The position numbers and the translations under genes were made by a program. A stretch of 64,000 nucleotides of DNA from Squalus acanthias (taxonomy: Eukaryota), in NCBI GenBank assembly GCA_030390025.1, contig JASTWF010000036.1, forward strand, positions 682,001 to 746,000, given 5' to 3'. Shown piece by piece: positions 12,063 to 24,356 of the stretch (positions within the stretch are counted from its first letter, which is position 1; every line of letters begins with the position of its first letter). A model generated the notes under the pieces. The model did no database searches and was not told the DNA's origin. It saw only the letters and a list, made by a program, of their open reading frames with translations.

Positions 12063-12714
12063 AGGGAGAGATACCCACACACCTTTCTCTGATTTGCACC
12101 CCCTACCTCGCCGCGCCAGCCCCTCCTCCACTCCGAGTCTTATCCAACACAGTGCAGCTTGTCGCTCGAGGGGTACGCGGGGGGGGGGGGGAGGGATTCC
12201 TTTAACAGCTCTGCCTGACTGAGATTCTGACTGCAGGGAGACACCTGGGTGCGGAGTGAGGGGTGGGGGTCCAGAGATGTTGACTCTGATCTCCCTTCCC
12301 CGTGAGAAAGTGCCTTGCCTCTGTGACATGGCTCTCCCAGGTGGTGCGCCCAAGATCAGCAATGTGCCCTGCTGATAAGCAGCCCCTTGCAAAAGAACGA
12401 ACAGAAGAAACAGCTCTGCATTCATATCGCGCCTTCGATCAACCCTCTCCAGTGTCTTGCAACTTTTATTCTCACAATAACTCACAAAAACTCTGCAACC
12501 TTCCTCGAGCGCGCCAGCAAGCGTTAAAAGATTATTCAGAGATTTAACAGCCCCCGGAGGCCCTCGGAACAGTAAGCAGCTTCATTATTAAGGGCGGAGA
12601 AGCATAAACTGCTGTACTGACAGCGAGCTGGAATGTAAACAACCGAACCCATTTCTCAACACAGGCTCACATCAAGCCACTGGATGTTCGAGAAGAGAGG
12701 GGGGGAAGCAAGTG

Positions 12715-13960
12715 CATAAGCAACAGGAGCAGGAGGAGGCCATTCGGCCCCTCGAGCCTGCTGCGCCATTCAATGAGATCATGGCTGATCTTCTACCTCA
12801 ACTCCACTTTCCTGCACTATCCCCATCGTCCCTTAATATCCAAAAATCTATCGATCTCTGTCTTGAATATACTCAACGACTGAGCCTCCACAGCCCTCTG
12901 GGGTAGAGAATTCCAAAGATTTGCCACCCACTGAGTGAAGAAATTCCGCCTCATCTCAGTCCTCAATGGCCAACCCCTTATCCTGAGACTGTGACCCCTG
13001 GTTCTAGACTCTCCAGCCAGGGGGAAACAGCCTCTCGGCATCTACCTCTGTCCAGCCCTCTAAGAATTTTATGCATTTCAAAAGAGATCACCTCTCATTC
13101 TTCTAAACTCCAGAGAATATAGGCGCAGTCTACCCAATCTCTCCTCATAGGGCAGCCCTCTCATCCCAGGAATCAATCTCGTGAACCTTCCCTGCATTCA
13201 CATCGCGCCTTCGATCAACCCTCTCCAGTGTCTTGCAACTTGTATTCTCACAACAACTCTCAGACAAGTGTATCCTTCCTTAAGTAAGAGACCAAAACTG
13301 TACACAGTACTCCAGGTGTGGTTTCACCAAAGCCCTACATAATTGTAGCAAGACTTCCTTACTCTTATAGAAACATAGAAACATAGAATCTAGGAGCAGG
13401 AGTAGGCCATTCGGCCCGTCGAGCCTGCTCCGCCATTCAATACGATCATGGCTGATCATCCAAATCCAGTACCCTGTCCCTGCTTTAATCCCCACAGTAC
13501 ACATATCCCACCCTACCCCCGTAACCCCACGTATTTAATTCCCCCTAACACTAAGGGTCAATTTATCATAGCCAAATCAACCTAACCCACACATTTTTGG
13601 ACTGTGGGAGGAAACCGGAGCACCCGGAGGAAACCCACGCAGACACGGGGAGAATGTGCAAACTCCACACAGACAGTCACCCCGAGGTCAGATTCGAACC
13701 CGGGTCTCTGGCGCTGTGAGGCACCAGTGCTAACCACTATGCCACCGTGTTGCCCACTCCAACCCCCTTGCAATAAAGGCCAACATACCATTTGCCTTCC
13801 TAATTGCTTGTTGTACCTGCATGTTAACTTTCTGTGATTCATGTACAAGGACACCCAGGTCCCTCTGAACACCAACATTTACCAGTCCCGCACCTTTTAA
13901 AAAAAACTTCCTGCTTTTCTATTCTTCCTACCAAAGTGGACAATTTCACATTTCCCCACG
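12715..13960 (-). mobile_element. CR1 3' part with a nested V-SINE and a 68-bp templated insertion
   Basis: CR1 ORF2 C-terminal motifs on the minus strand. Confidence 0.9.
13367..13755 (-). mobile_element. HE1-like V-SINE with CR1-type tail, nested in CR1
   Basis: tRNA-like head, V-domain sequence tgtgtggagtttgcacattctccccgtgtctgcgtgggtttcctccggg, and a (tctatgtt)n tail. Confidence 0.85.
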
Positions 13961-14554
13961 CTGGGCTAGAAGGTTACCGATGGAAAACACTCACTTAACC
14001 TGTCTGTATCCCTTTGACTCCCCCCTGTCACAGCTTACTTTCCCACCTAGCTTTGTATCATCAGTGCCGCATCTGAACACCACCACCTCCAACTTCTCCT
14101 CCGAGTCTCGCACACACACACACACCACCCTGACTTGGAAATATATCGGCCGTTCCTTCATCGTCGCTGGGTCAAACTCCTGGAACTCCCTCCCTAACGG
14201 CACTGTGGGAGCACCTTCACCACACGGACTGCAGCGGTTCAAGAAGGCGGCTCACCACCACCTTCTCGAGGGCGATTAGGGATGGGCAATAAATGCCGGC
14301 CGGACTAAGGGACATAGCCTAAAAATTAAGGGCCAAGTCTTTCAGGAGTGAAGTTTGGAATCACTTCTACACACAAAGGGTGGTAGAAGTTTGGAACTCT
14401 CTTCCACAAACGGCAAGTGATGCTGGGGGTCAATTGTTAATTTTATATCGTAGATTGGTAGTTTTTTGTTAACCAAAGGTATTAAGGGATACGGGGCAAA
14501 GGCGGGTTTATGGAGTTAGGTCGCAGATCAGCCATGATCGCATTGAATGGCGGA

Positions 14555-15770
14555 ACAGGCTCGAGGGGCTGAATGGCCTCCTCCTGTTCCTAATGTAACA
14601 GGCTCGAGGGGGCTGAATGGCCTCCTCCTGTTCCTAATGTAACAGGCTCGAAGGGCTGAATGGCCTCCTCCTGTTCCTAATGTAACAGGCTCGAGGGGCT
14701 GAACGGCCTCCTCCTGTTCCTAATGTAACAGGCTCGAGGGGCTGAATGGCCTCCTCCTGTTCCTAATGTAACAGGCTCGAGGGGCTGAATGGCCTCCTCC
14801 TGTTCCTAATGTAACAGGCTCGAGGGGCTGAACGGCCTCCTCCTGTTCCTAATGTAACAGGCTCGAGGGGCTGAATGGCCTCCTCCTGTTCCTAATGTAA
14901 CAGGCTCGAGGGGCTGAATGGCCTCCTCCTGTTCCTAATGTAACAGGCTCGAGGGGGGCTGAAGGGCTCCTCCTGTTCCTAATGTAACAGGCTCGAGGGG
15001 GGCTGAAGGGCTCCTCCTGTTCCTGTGTAACAGGCTCGAGGGGCTGAATGGCCTCCTCCTGTTCCTGTGTAACAGGCTCGAGGGGGGCTGAATGGCCTCC
15101 TCCTGTTCCTAATGTAACAGGCTCGAGGGGGGCTGAAGGGCTCCTCCTGTTCCTGTGTAACAGGCTCGAGGGGGCTGAACGGCCTCCTCCTGTTCCTAAT
15201 GTAACAGGCTCGAGGGGGGCTGAAGGGCTCCTCCTGTTCCTGTGTAACAGGCTCGAGGGGGGCTGAATGGCCTCCTCCTGTTCCTAATGTAACAGTCTCG
15301 AGCGGGCTGAATGGCCTCCTCCTGTTCCTAATGTAACAGGCTCGAGGGGCTGAATGGCCTCCTCCTGTTCCTGTGTAACAGGCTCGAGGGGGGCTGAATG
15401 GCCTCCTCCTGTTCCTGTGTAACAGGCTCGAGGGGGGCTGAATGGCCTCCTCCTGTTCCTAATGTAACAGGCTCGAGGGGCTGAATGGCCTCCTCCTGTT
15501 CCTGTGTAACAGGCTCGAGGGGGGCTGAATGGCCTCCTCCTGTTCCTAATGTAACAGGCTCGAGGGGCTGAATGGCCTCCTCCTGTTCCTGTGTAACAGG
15601 CTCGAGGGGGGCTGAATGGCCTCCTCCTATTCCTAATGTAACAGGCTCGAGGGGCTGAATGGCCTCCTCCTGTTCCTAATGTAACAGGCTCGAGAGGCTG
15701 AATGGCCTCCTCCTGTTCCTAATGTAACAGGCTCGAGAGGCTGAATGGCCTCCTCCTGTTCCTGTGTTCC
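14555..15770 (+). repeat. ~43-bp minisatellite from the CR1 3' terminus (aacaggctcgaggggctgaatggcctcctcctgttcctaatgt), about 28 units
   Basis: Directly continues the CR1 3' end at 14300-14590. Confidence 0.95.
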
Positions 15771-15804
15771 TCGGATAAAAAGACTGACAGGAGGTATGAA
15801 AGAA

Positions 15805-16975
15805 AAAGTTAGACTTGTATTTCTACAGCACCTTTCACGACCTCAGGACGTCCCAAAGTGCTTTACAGGCAATGAAGTACTTTTTGAAATGTACTCACTG
15901 TTGTAATGTACGAAACGCAGCAGCCAATTTGCGCACAGCATGATCCCACAAACAGCAATGTGATAAATGACCAGATAATCTGTTTCTTGGTGATGTTGAT
16001 TGAGGGATAAATATTGACCCCAGGACACCAGGGAGAACTCCCCCTGCTCTTCTTCGAAACAGTGGCTGTGGAATCTTTTACATCCACGTGAGAGGGCAGA
16101 CGGGGCCTCGGTTTAACGTCTCATCTGAAAAATGGCATCTCCAACAGTGCAGGGCTCCCTCTGTACTGCCCCTCCGACAGTGCGGCGCTCCCTCAGTACC
16201 GCCCCTCCGACAGTGCGGCGCTCCCTCAGTACCGCCCCTCCGACAGTGCAGGGCTCCCTCTGTACTGCCCCTCCGACAGTGCGGCGCTCCCTCAGTACCG
16301 CCCCTCCGACAGTGCGGCGCTCCCTCAGTACCGCCCCTCCGACAGTGCGGCGCTCCCTCAGTACCGCCCCTCCGACAGTGCGGCGCTCCCTCAGTACCGC
16401 CCCTCCGACAGTGCAGCGCTCCCTCAGCACTGCCCCTCCGACAGTGCGGCGCTCCCTCAGTACCGCCCCTCCGACAGTGCGGGGCTCCCTCAGTACTGCC
16501 CCTCCGACAGTGCGGCGCTCCCTCAGTACTGCCCCTCCGACAGTGCGGCGCTCCCTCGGCACTGCCCCTCCGACAGTGCAGCGCTCCCTCAGCACTGCCC
16601 CTCCGACAGTGCGGGGCTCCCTCAGTACTGCCCCTCCGACAGTGCGGGGCTCCCTCAGTACTGCCCCTCCGACAGTGCGGCGCTCCCTCAGTACTGCCCC
16701 TCCGACAGTGCGGCACTCCCTCAGTACTGCCCCTCCGACAGTGCAGCGCTCCCTCAGTACCGCCCCTCCGACAGTGCGGCACTCCCTCAGCACTGCCCCT
16801 CCGACAGTGCGGCGCTCCCTCAGTACTGCCCCTCCGACAGTGCGGCACTCCCTCAGTACTGCCCCGACAGTGCGGCGCTCCCTCGGCACTGCCCCTCCGA
16901 CAGTGCGGCCCTCCCTCAGTACTGGGACTGGTAGGGTCAGCCTAGATTATGGGCTCCGATGTCTGGACTCGAGAT
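15805..16975 (-). mobile_element. DeuSINE with an internal 33-bp array of about 24 units (16140-16922)
   Basis: Deu-domain sequence gatgagacgttaaaccgagg directly follows the array. Confidence 0.9.
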
Positions 16976-16999
16976 TCACCCCCCCCCACCCCCCTCGCG

Positions 17000-17939
17000 A
17001 CCTTCTGACTCGGTCGACACCGCGAGGGGGTCGGGGGGGGCAGCAAGAGAAAAATCTTCTGCCCTCTCTACTCTGACCCGAGACGTACCAACTCTGCGAT
17101 CCTCGAACGCCTGGATTTAAAGTTAAGTTACCCACTCACTATTGAGATGAGCAGCGCTCAACGAGACTGACTTCACTTCTTCACTGGCCGCGGAAAGTTC
17201 ATCGAGGGAGCGTCTGCGTCGTCCATGCCTTTCAATGTTTTGTAAAGATCCGACTCCTTTTCCACCCCCCGCAACAGAAACACCTTTGAGTCCTTGCAGG
17301 CCATTCCCAGAACCGACAGAGCCCCGAGTCTTCCAATCATTCTGAGACCCCGCTCTTCGCTCAGAATCCTCTCCGATGAATCGATGACCGCCCCCCCCCG
17401 CCACCCCCACCTTTAGAAAAGCCCAAACTGCGCCCTGCATCCAGAACGCGCCCTTACCGACGTATTAAACGGGACTGCGACAACCGGCGCTCGATCTGTA
17501 AACCTATCCCTGAACTCCAGCGGTCTCGGAGGCAGCCGTACGTCAGTGGGGGGGTTGGCGGCGGAGCGATCACGCCCAGTCTCCCTACTCGCCCGCCCCA
17601 CTGCGGCCAGTGGCTTCACCCCGCCCTCGCCCGATCCGCCTCTTCTCCTCGCCCGTCGCTTTCGTTATTCCTCGTCGCCCAGCTACCCGGCCGGCTGGCT
17701 TGTACAAAATCAATCCCTCTGGTACGTATCCCCCCCCGGAGGAGCACGCTGGATAGGGCCTGCCGCGGCCGCAGAGCTGAGAGCGCCCCCCGCTGTCCCG
17801 GACGGCGTGGGAGCGCCGCCACTGCGAGCACTCTCACTGGGGACTAAAGTGGGGGGGTGGGGGGGAAAACGCAGATCCCGCTGGCCGTCAGGTGGAGAGA
17901 GTGGAAGCACGAAGCCAAAATGTAAATCTGTCGACGAGC

Positions 17940-17972
<33 letters not shown>

Positions 17973-18760
17973 CAGTGTGACTCACGGTTCGGCTCTAACA
18001 GCAGGAGCATTCCAGTGTTGTTGCTTTAATCCAAACCACTTAATCCAACAACAGCAGCAGCAGAGGTGCCCGCCTGGGCTTGTAAACAAGATCTCTCTCA
18101 CTGACTCACACTGAGCATTTAATATAATAACTTTTTAATCGGGGGGGGCGGGGACGGGGAAAACACACACTCACTTTAAAGGGAGCCTCACCATTCCAAA
18201 GCTCCTCGTTCTATTCCGCAGTTCCACCTCAAACGAGCAGACGGACGGCGACACTCACTGGCTCCTCCGGGAGACCCTCCGATCGTTCCGCTGCAGCCCC
18301 CCCCCCCCCCCACCCCGACAAAAGCGCTTTTAACTTCGTCCATTCGGTCCCGAACACATTGTCGTCCAACCTGTGGCTGGCTGGCTGCGGGCGGACCGCA
18401 CTGGCCCGAGTCCCAGGGGGGTGGGCCGGGCCCCTGTGCTAATGGGCAGGAAACAGACTCTCTCTCTCCCTCCGCGCGGCGTCCCAGTTCTACAAGCCCC
18501 ACCCTCCACCCCCGTCGAGCTGCGCGCGTGCGTTTCAATTCTCGGGACTTGGGGCCGGCACTTATTGCCCGACGCCGATACAGCGGAGTGGCTTGCTCGG
18601 CCCATTTCAGTCGGTGCGAGACTAGAGCCTCGTATCGGCCCCAGACCAAGTAAGGACGACAGGTCTCCCTCCCCTCAAGGGACAGGAGTGAACCCAGTTG
18701 GGATTTTTAAACAGCAAACCTTCCCGGACGCCAGCTGAATTCAACACCGCCACGGAGGAA
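17000..18760. promoter_or_regulatory. Intronic CpG-rich unique island, candidate internal promoter
   Basis: High CpG density, GC box near 18146, TATA-like AT patch at 18118-18130, TGACTCA at 18102 and 17978, and several minus-strand donor consensus sites. Confidence 0.5.
17132..17440 (-). CDS. Possible alternative first coding exon (103 codons) inside an ARHGAP9 intron
   Basis: ATG-initiated ORF ending at a phase-0 donor TGG|GTaact, compatible with exon 9914-9988. No homology recognised. Confidence 0.3.
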
Positions 18761-18807
18761 TGCGAACTCACGTTCTCTGGATTTTTGGCCCAATACACTA
18801 GCGTACG

Positions 18808-19392
18808 ACTGTACAGGGGCGCTGGTGAGACCACACCTGGAGTACTGTGTACAGTTTTGGTCTCCTTATTTATACTTGCATTGGAGGGCAGTTCAGAGAA
18901 GGTTCACCAGGTTGATTCCTGGGATGAAGGGGTTGTCTTATGAAGAAAGGTTGAGCAGGTTGGGCCTATACTCATTGGAGTTTAGAAGAATGAGAGGATC
19001 TTATTGAAACATATAAGATTCTGAGGGGGCTCGACAGGGTAGATGCAGAGACGATGTTTTCCCCCTCGTGGGGGAATCTAGAACTAGGGGGCATAATTTC
19101 AGAATAAGGGGGCACCCATTTAAATCGGAAATGAGGAGGAATTTCTTCTCTCAGAGAGTCGTGAATCTTTGGAATTCTCTTCCCCAGAGGGCTGTGGAGG
19201 CGGAGTCAGTGAATATATTTAAGGTGGAGTTAGACAGATTTTTGAACGATAAGGGAGTCAAGGGTTATGGGGGAGCGGGCAGGGAAGTGGAGTTGAGGCC
19301 AAGATCAGATCAGCCATGATCTTATTGAATGGCGGAGCAGGCTCGAGGGGCCGAATGACCTACTCCTGCTCCTGCGTCTTATGTTCTTATGT
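18808..19392 (+). mobile_element. CR1 3' end
   Basis: RPHLEYCVQFWSP...RVVNLWNSLP and a (ttcttatg)n tail. Confidence 0.92.
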
Positions 19393-19714
19393 ACCCACAC
19401 GCGTGTTTAAGTACACTCTTCCTTGGGCAGTGAACAGGCGGAGTTGCTGAGGGCGGGCAATGTGAGGGAGGAGATGAATTAAGCACAGACGCGCATAGTT
19501 AAAAGCACGGTAATGCATATTTGAGCGGAGAGGAATGCGGCTCCAATCAGGGTTAAATATTCCCCGACTTACTCACAGACTGTGTTACTCCTACCTGGGC
19601 CACACACTGAAATTACAGGGTGCATATAGTGACACCAGAAGTCCCGGCCAGAATGGGGCTGAATGGTTAATTCCTCCGTCAATCGCTGCTGCAAGCGACT
19701 GGGATTGATTTCAT

Positions 19715-20958
19715 TTTTTTTATTCATTCATGTGGATGTGGGCGTCCCTGGCAAGGCCAGCATTTATTGCCCATCCCTAGTCGCCCCTTGAGAAGGTGGT
19801 GGTGAGCCTCCTTCTTGAACCGCTGCAGTCCGTGTGGTGAAGGTACTCCCACAGTGCTGTTAGGGAGGGAGTTCCAGGATTTTGACCCAGCGACGATGAA
19901 GGAACGGCCGATATATTTCCAAGTCGGGATGGTGTGTGTGACTTGGAGGGGAACTTGGAGGTGGTGGTGTTCCCATGCGCCTGCTGCCCTTGTCCTTCTA
20001 GGCGGAAGAGGTCGCGGTTTTGGGAGGTGCTGCCGAAGAAGCCTTGACGAGTCGCTGCAGTGCATCTTGTAGATGGTACACACTGCAGCCACAGTGCGCC
20101 GGTGGTGGAGGGAGTGAATGTTTAAGGCGGTGGATGGGGTGCCAATCAAGCGGGGCTGCTTTGTCCTGGATGGTGTCGAGCTTCTTGAGTGTTGTTGGAG
20201 CTGCACTCATCCAGGCAAGTGGAGAGCATTCCATCACACTCCTGACTTGTGCCTTGTAGATGGTGGAAAGGCTTTGGTGAGTCAGGAGGTGAGACACTCG
20301 CTGCAGAATACCCAGCCTCTGACCTGCTCTTGTAGCCACAGTATTTATGTGGCTGGCCCAGTTAAGTTTCTGGTCAATGGTGACCCCCCCAGGATGTTGA
20401 TGGTGGGGGGATTTCGGCGTTGAATGTCAAGGGGAGGTGCTCAGACTCTCTCTTGTTGGAGATGATGTGGAGATGCCGGTGTTGGACTGGGGTGGACAAA
20501 TGTGAGAAGTCGCACAACACCAGGTTATAGTCCAACAGCTTTATTTGAAATCACAAGCTTTCGGAGCGCTGCTCCTTCGTCGGGTGAAGTGAAGAGATGC
20601 ATATAGGCACAGCATCTATAGTCAGAGAACACTGCCAGATGATTACAGTTAATCCACACCTTTGATTGCCGTGATTATCTCTCTGCCGAGGTGTGATAAA
20701 GGGCAGTTAGAAAGATTAACTGTAATCATCTGGCAGTGTTCTCTGACTATATATGCTGTGCCTATATGCATCTCTTCACTTCACCTGACGAAAGAGCAGC
20801 GCTCCGAAAGCTTGTGATTTCAAATAAAGCTGTTGGACTATAACCTGGTGTTGTGCGACTTCACACATTTGTTGGAGATGGTCAGTGCCTGGCACTTGTG
20901 TGGCGCGCATGTTACCTGCCACTTATCAGCCCAAGCCTGAAGGTCGTCCAAGGTCTTG
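19715..20958 (-). mobile_element. CR1/L2-group LINE, second family, 3' part, interrupted by the fold-back element
   Basis: LSTIYKAQVRSVME...LDTIQDKAA...HSLHHRRTVAA. Other copies near 10300-10850, 14070-14300, 49693-50540 and 55548-56475. Confidence 0.85.
20465..20868. mobile_element. ~400-bp fold-back non-autonomous Penelope-related element with a hammerhead motif on each arm
   Basis: Inverted arms at about 20496-20655 and 20713-20872. Hammerhead motifs at 20551-20587 (-) and 20781-20817 (+). 12-bp TSD TTGTTGGAGATG at 20453-20464 and 20869-20880. Confidence 0.88.
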
Positions 20959-21112
20959 CGGTACGTTGACACACGTACGTTTGTACTGTGCAACTATCCT
21001 CCACTCACTGCATTTTGCCGGAGAAATAATCCTGCTGTACTCGGGAGACTTTGCTGTCGTTTTATGAGAGTAAACGCCTGATACAGTGGCGTCAACATTC
21101 ACTCCGGGACTT

Positions 21113-21772
21113 AAGAACATAAGAACATAAGAAATAGGAGCAGGAGTAGGCCAATCGGCCCCTCGAGCCTGCTCCGCCATTCAATAAGATCATGGCTGAT
21201 CTGATCCTAACCTCAAATCTAAAGAACACAAGAAGTAGGAGCAGGACCCGGCCACTCAGCCCCTGGGCCCGCTCCGCCACCCACAGGGCCTTGACCGATC
21301 CGAACTCAAACTCATGTCCAATTTCCTGCCCGCTCCCCGTAACCCCTAATTCCCTTTACTTCTAGGAAACTGTCTATTTCTGTTTTAAATTTCTTTGATG
21401 ATGATGTAGCTTCCACAGCTTCCTGGGGCAGCAAATTCCACAGACCTACTACCCTCTGAGTGAAGAAGTTTCTCCTCATCTCAGTTTTGAAAGAGCAGCC
21501 CCTTATTCTAAGATTATGCCCCCTAGTTCTAGTTTCACCCATCCTTGGGAACATCCTTACCGCATCCACCCGATCAAGCCCCTTCACAATCTTATATGTT
21601 TCAATAAGATCGCCTCTCATTCTTCTGAACTCCAATGAGTAGAGTCCCAATCTACTCAACCTCTCCTCATATGTCCAATCCCCTCATCCCCGGGATTAAC
21701 CAAGTGAACCTTCTTTGTACTGCCTCGAAACCAAGTATGTCTTTTCTTAAGTATGGACACCAAAACTGTACA
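21113..21772 (-). mobile_element. CR1 3' end, subfamily with duplicated 3' terminal module
   Basis: Closely similar to 62392-63012. Confidence 0.92.
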
Positions 21773-22247
21773 TCAATTCCGAATCGCATCGATTCAGTAA
21801 CGGGGAGCCCGCCGGCCATCGGGACAGCTGGCCAAAAAATGGGATAAAGCCGTTCATTTCCTCCACCGATAATTAAAACCCCAATACAACAAAAAACCAG
21901 CTCGCGCATTTGCGGAGGCGGTGCTGGTGAGTCACAATTCTCTCACCTCCCCTCCTCCTGCCAACGTGTGGGTGTCGAGGTCAGATTACATCCCCGGTGT
22001 TACATGTGGGGATATAGATATCGCTGAACAAAACAAAAAAAAAGAGTCCTTTCAGCCCAATCGTGCCTGTGCCAACTTTATATTCTCTCTCCTCAAAACC
22101 TTATTTTTCAATGACGGTGCATTCTCTCAACAGCCCCCTTGCGGTGACGCAGTCCCTCTTCCAAATAACTCTGTGTGTGAAAGCATTCCTTCTCTAACCT
22201 CCTCCCACATTCTCCCAACGATAATCCTCAGTCTGTGCCCCTTTGAT

Positions 22248-23290
22248 GTTGTTGTTGTTGTTCTTCTTCTTCTTCTTAGGCAGTCCCTCGGAACCGAGGA
22301 TGACTTGCTTCCACGCTAAGAATGAGTTCTCAGGTGACTGATGAGTCCAATGCGGGACCTACAGTCTCTGTCACAGGTGGGGCAGACGGTGGTTGAAGGG
22401 GCGGGTGGGTGGGGTGCTTGGATTGACGTGCGCTCCTTGTGCTTGGCTTCCACTTGCTCCCGGCGAAGAGACTCGAGGTTGTTCGGCGCCTTCCTGGATG
22501 CTTCTCCTCCACTTTGTGCGGTCTTGGGCCAGGGATTCCCAGGTGTCAGTGGGGAATGTTGCACTTTTTCCAAGGAGGCTTTGAGGGTGTCCTTGAAGCG
22601 ACTCCTCTGCCCACCTGGGGCTCTCTCGCCGTGCCGGAGCTCCGAGTAGAGCGCTTGTTTTGGGAGTCTCGTATCGGGCATGCGGACGATGTGGCCCGTC
22701 CATCGGAACTGATCGCACGTGGTCAAAGCTTCGATGTTGGGGATGTTGGCCTGAGCGAGAACACTGACGTTGGTGCGCCTATCCTGCCAATGGATTTGCA
22801 GGATCTTGCGGAGGCAGCGTTGGTGGTACCTCTCCAGTGCTTTGAGGTGTCTGCTGTACATGGTCCATGTCTCTGAGGCATACAGCAGGGCGGGTATCAC
22901 TGCTGCTCTGTAGACCATGAGCTTAGTGCTGGGCCTGAGGTCCTGGTCTTCAAACACTCTCTTCCTCAGGCGACCGAAGGCTGCACTGGCACACTGAATA
23001 ACCAACACCTTGTTCTGTCAGAGAGACAAGTACAAGGCTTCATGGCAGCACCTCGCTCCAAGCACTGGCATCTGCTGGACTACGTCATCGTCCGAGCGAG
23101 GGACCGCAAGGACGTCCGCATCACCCGCGCCATGACAGGAGCTGACGACTGCTTGACAGACCACCGCCTAATCCGCTCTGTCATCTCCATCAATGCAGCC
23201 CCAAAACAGCGGCGGCAACAGAAACAATGCCGCAGGAAAATCAACGCTGGAGCGCTCAAAGACCCCGCTAAGAAAGCCCTATTCAGCCCC
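22248..23290 (-). mobile_element. RTE-clade LINE with 5' inversion
   Basis: Minus-strand ORF 22316-22996 (ASAAFGRLRKRVF...LLYASETWT...RLPKQALYSEL) with an (AAG)n(AAC)n tail. Plus-strand 22997-23290 encodes the endonuclease end (SKHWHLLDYVIVR...TDHRLI). Confidence 0.9.
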
Positions 23291-24356
23291 CCTTGTTACC
23301 GATCCACCAGCCAGCGGGAACCGTCTTTCACTGCGCCGCACCCACCTTTCGGACGAGACGTTAAACCGGGGGGTCCTCGTCTGCCCCCTCAGGCGGACGT
23401 AAAAGATCCCACGGGCCACTATTCCGAAGAAGAGCGGGGGGGGGAGTTCGTCCCAGTGTCCGGGGGGAGGGGACAATATTTCTCCCTCGACCAACGCCGC
23501 TGCCAAAACAGATGATCTGGTCATTTATCTCATTGCTGTTTGTGGGAGCTTGCTGTGCGCAAATTGGCTGCCGCGTTTCCTACATTACAACAGCGACCAC
23601 ACTTCAAAAAAATTACTTAATTGGCTGTAAAGCGCTTTGGGACGTCCCGAGGTGGTGAAAGGGGCTGGAGAAATGAAATTATTCCTTCTTCCTTCCAGAT
23701 TTCCACCACCCTTTGTGTGAAGAAGTGCTTCCTGACATCACCCCTCAACAGCCTGGCTCTAATTTTAAGGTTCTGCCCCCCTTGTTCTAGACTCCACCCC
23801 GCCAGAGAAAATAGTTTCTCTCTCTATCTATCTATCAATCCCTTTAATCCTCTTAAACACCTCGATCAGATCACCCCTTAATCTTCTACACTCGAGGGAA
23901 CACAAGCCTAGTCTGTGCAACCTGTCCTCGTAATTTAACCCTTTTAGCCCCCGGGTATCATAGAATCATAGAAACATAGAAGATAGGAGCAGGAGTAGGC
24001 CATTCGGCCCCTCTAGCCTGCTCCGCCATTCAATGCGATCATGGCTGATCATCCAAATTCAGTCCCCTGTCCCTGCTTTCTCCCCATATCCCTTGATCCC
24101 TTTAGCCTTAAGAAATATATCCAACTCCTTCTTGAATCTATTTAATGAATTGGCCTCTACTGCCTTCTGTGGCAGAATAGAATCATAGAATCATTCTGGT
24201 GAATCTGCGCCGCTCCCCCTCCGAGACCAATATATCCTTCCTGGGGTGCGGGGCCCAGAACTGAACGCAGCCACTCTAGACAGGGTCTGACCAGATGCTC
24301 TCTGTGCACAGCTGTAACAGAACCTCCACCCCTGTGTGTCCCGGACATTCCATTAC

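Noticed and set aside
14555..15770. Regularly spaced repeats resembling CRISPR arrays
   Set aside because: Head-to-tail units with no unique spacers, no cas genes, and a eukaryotic context.
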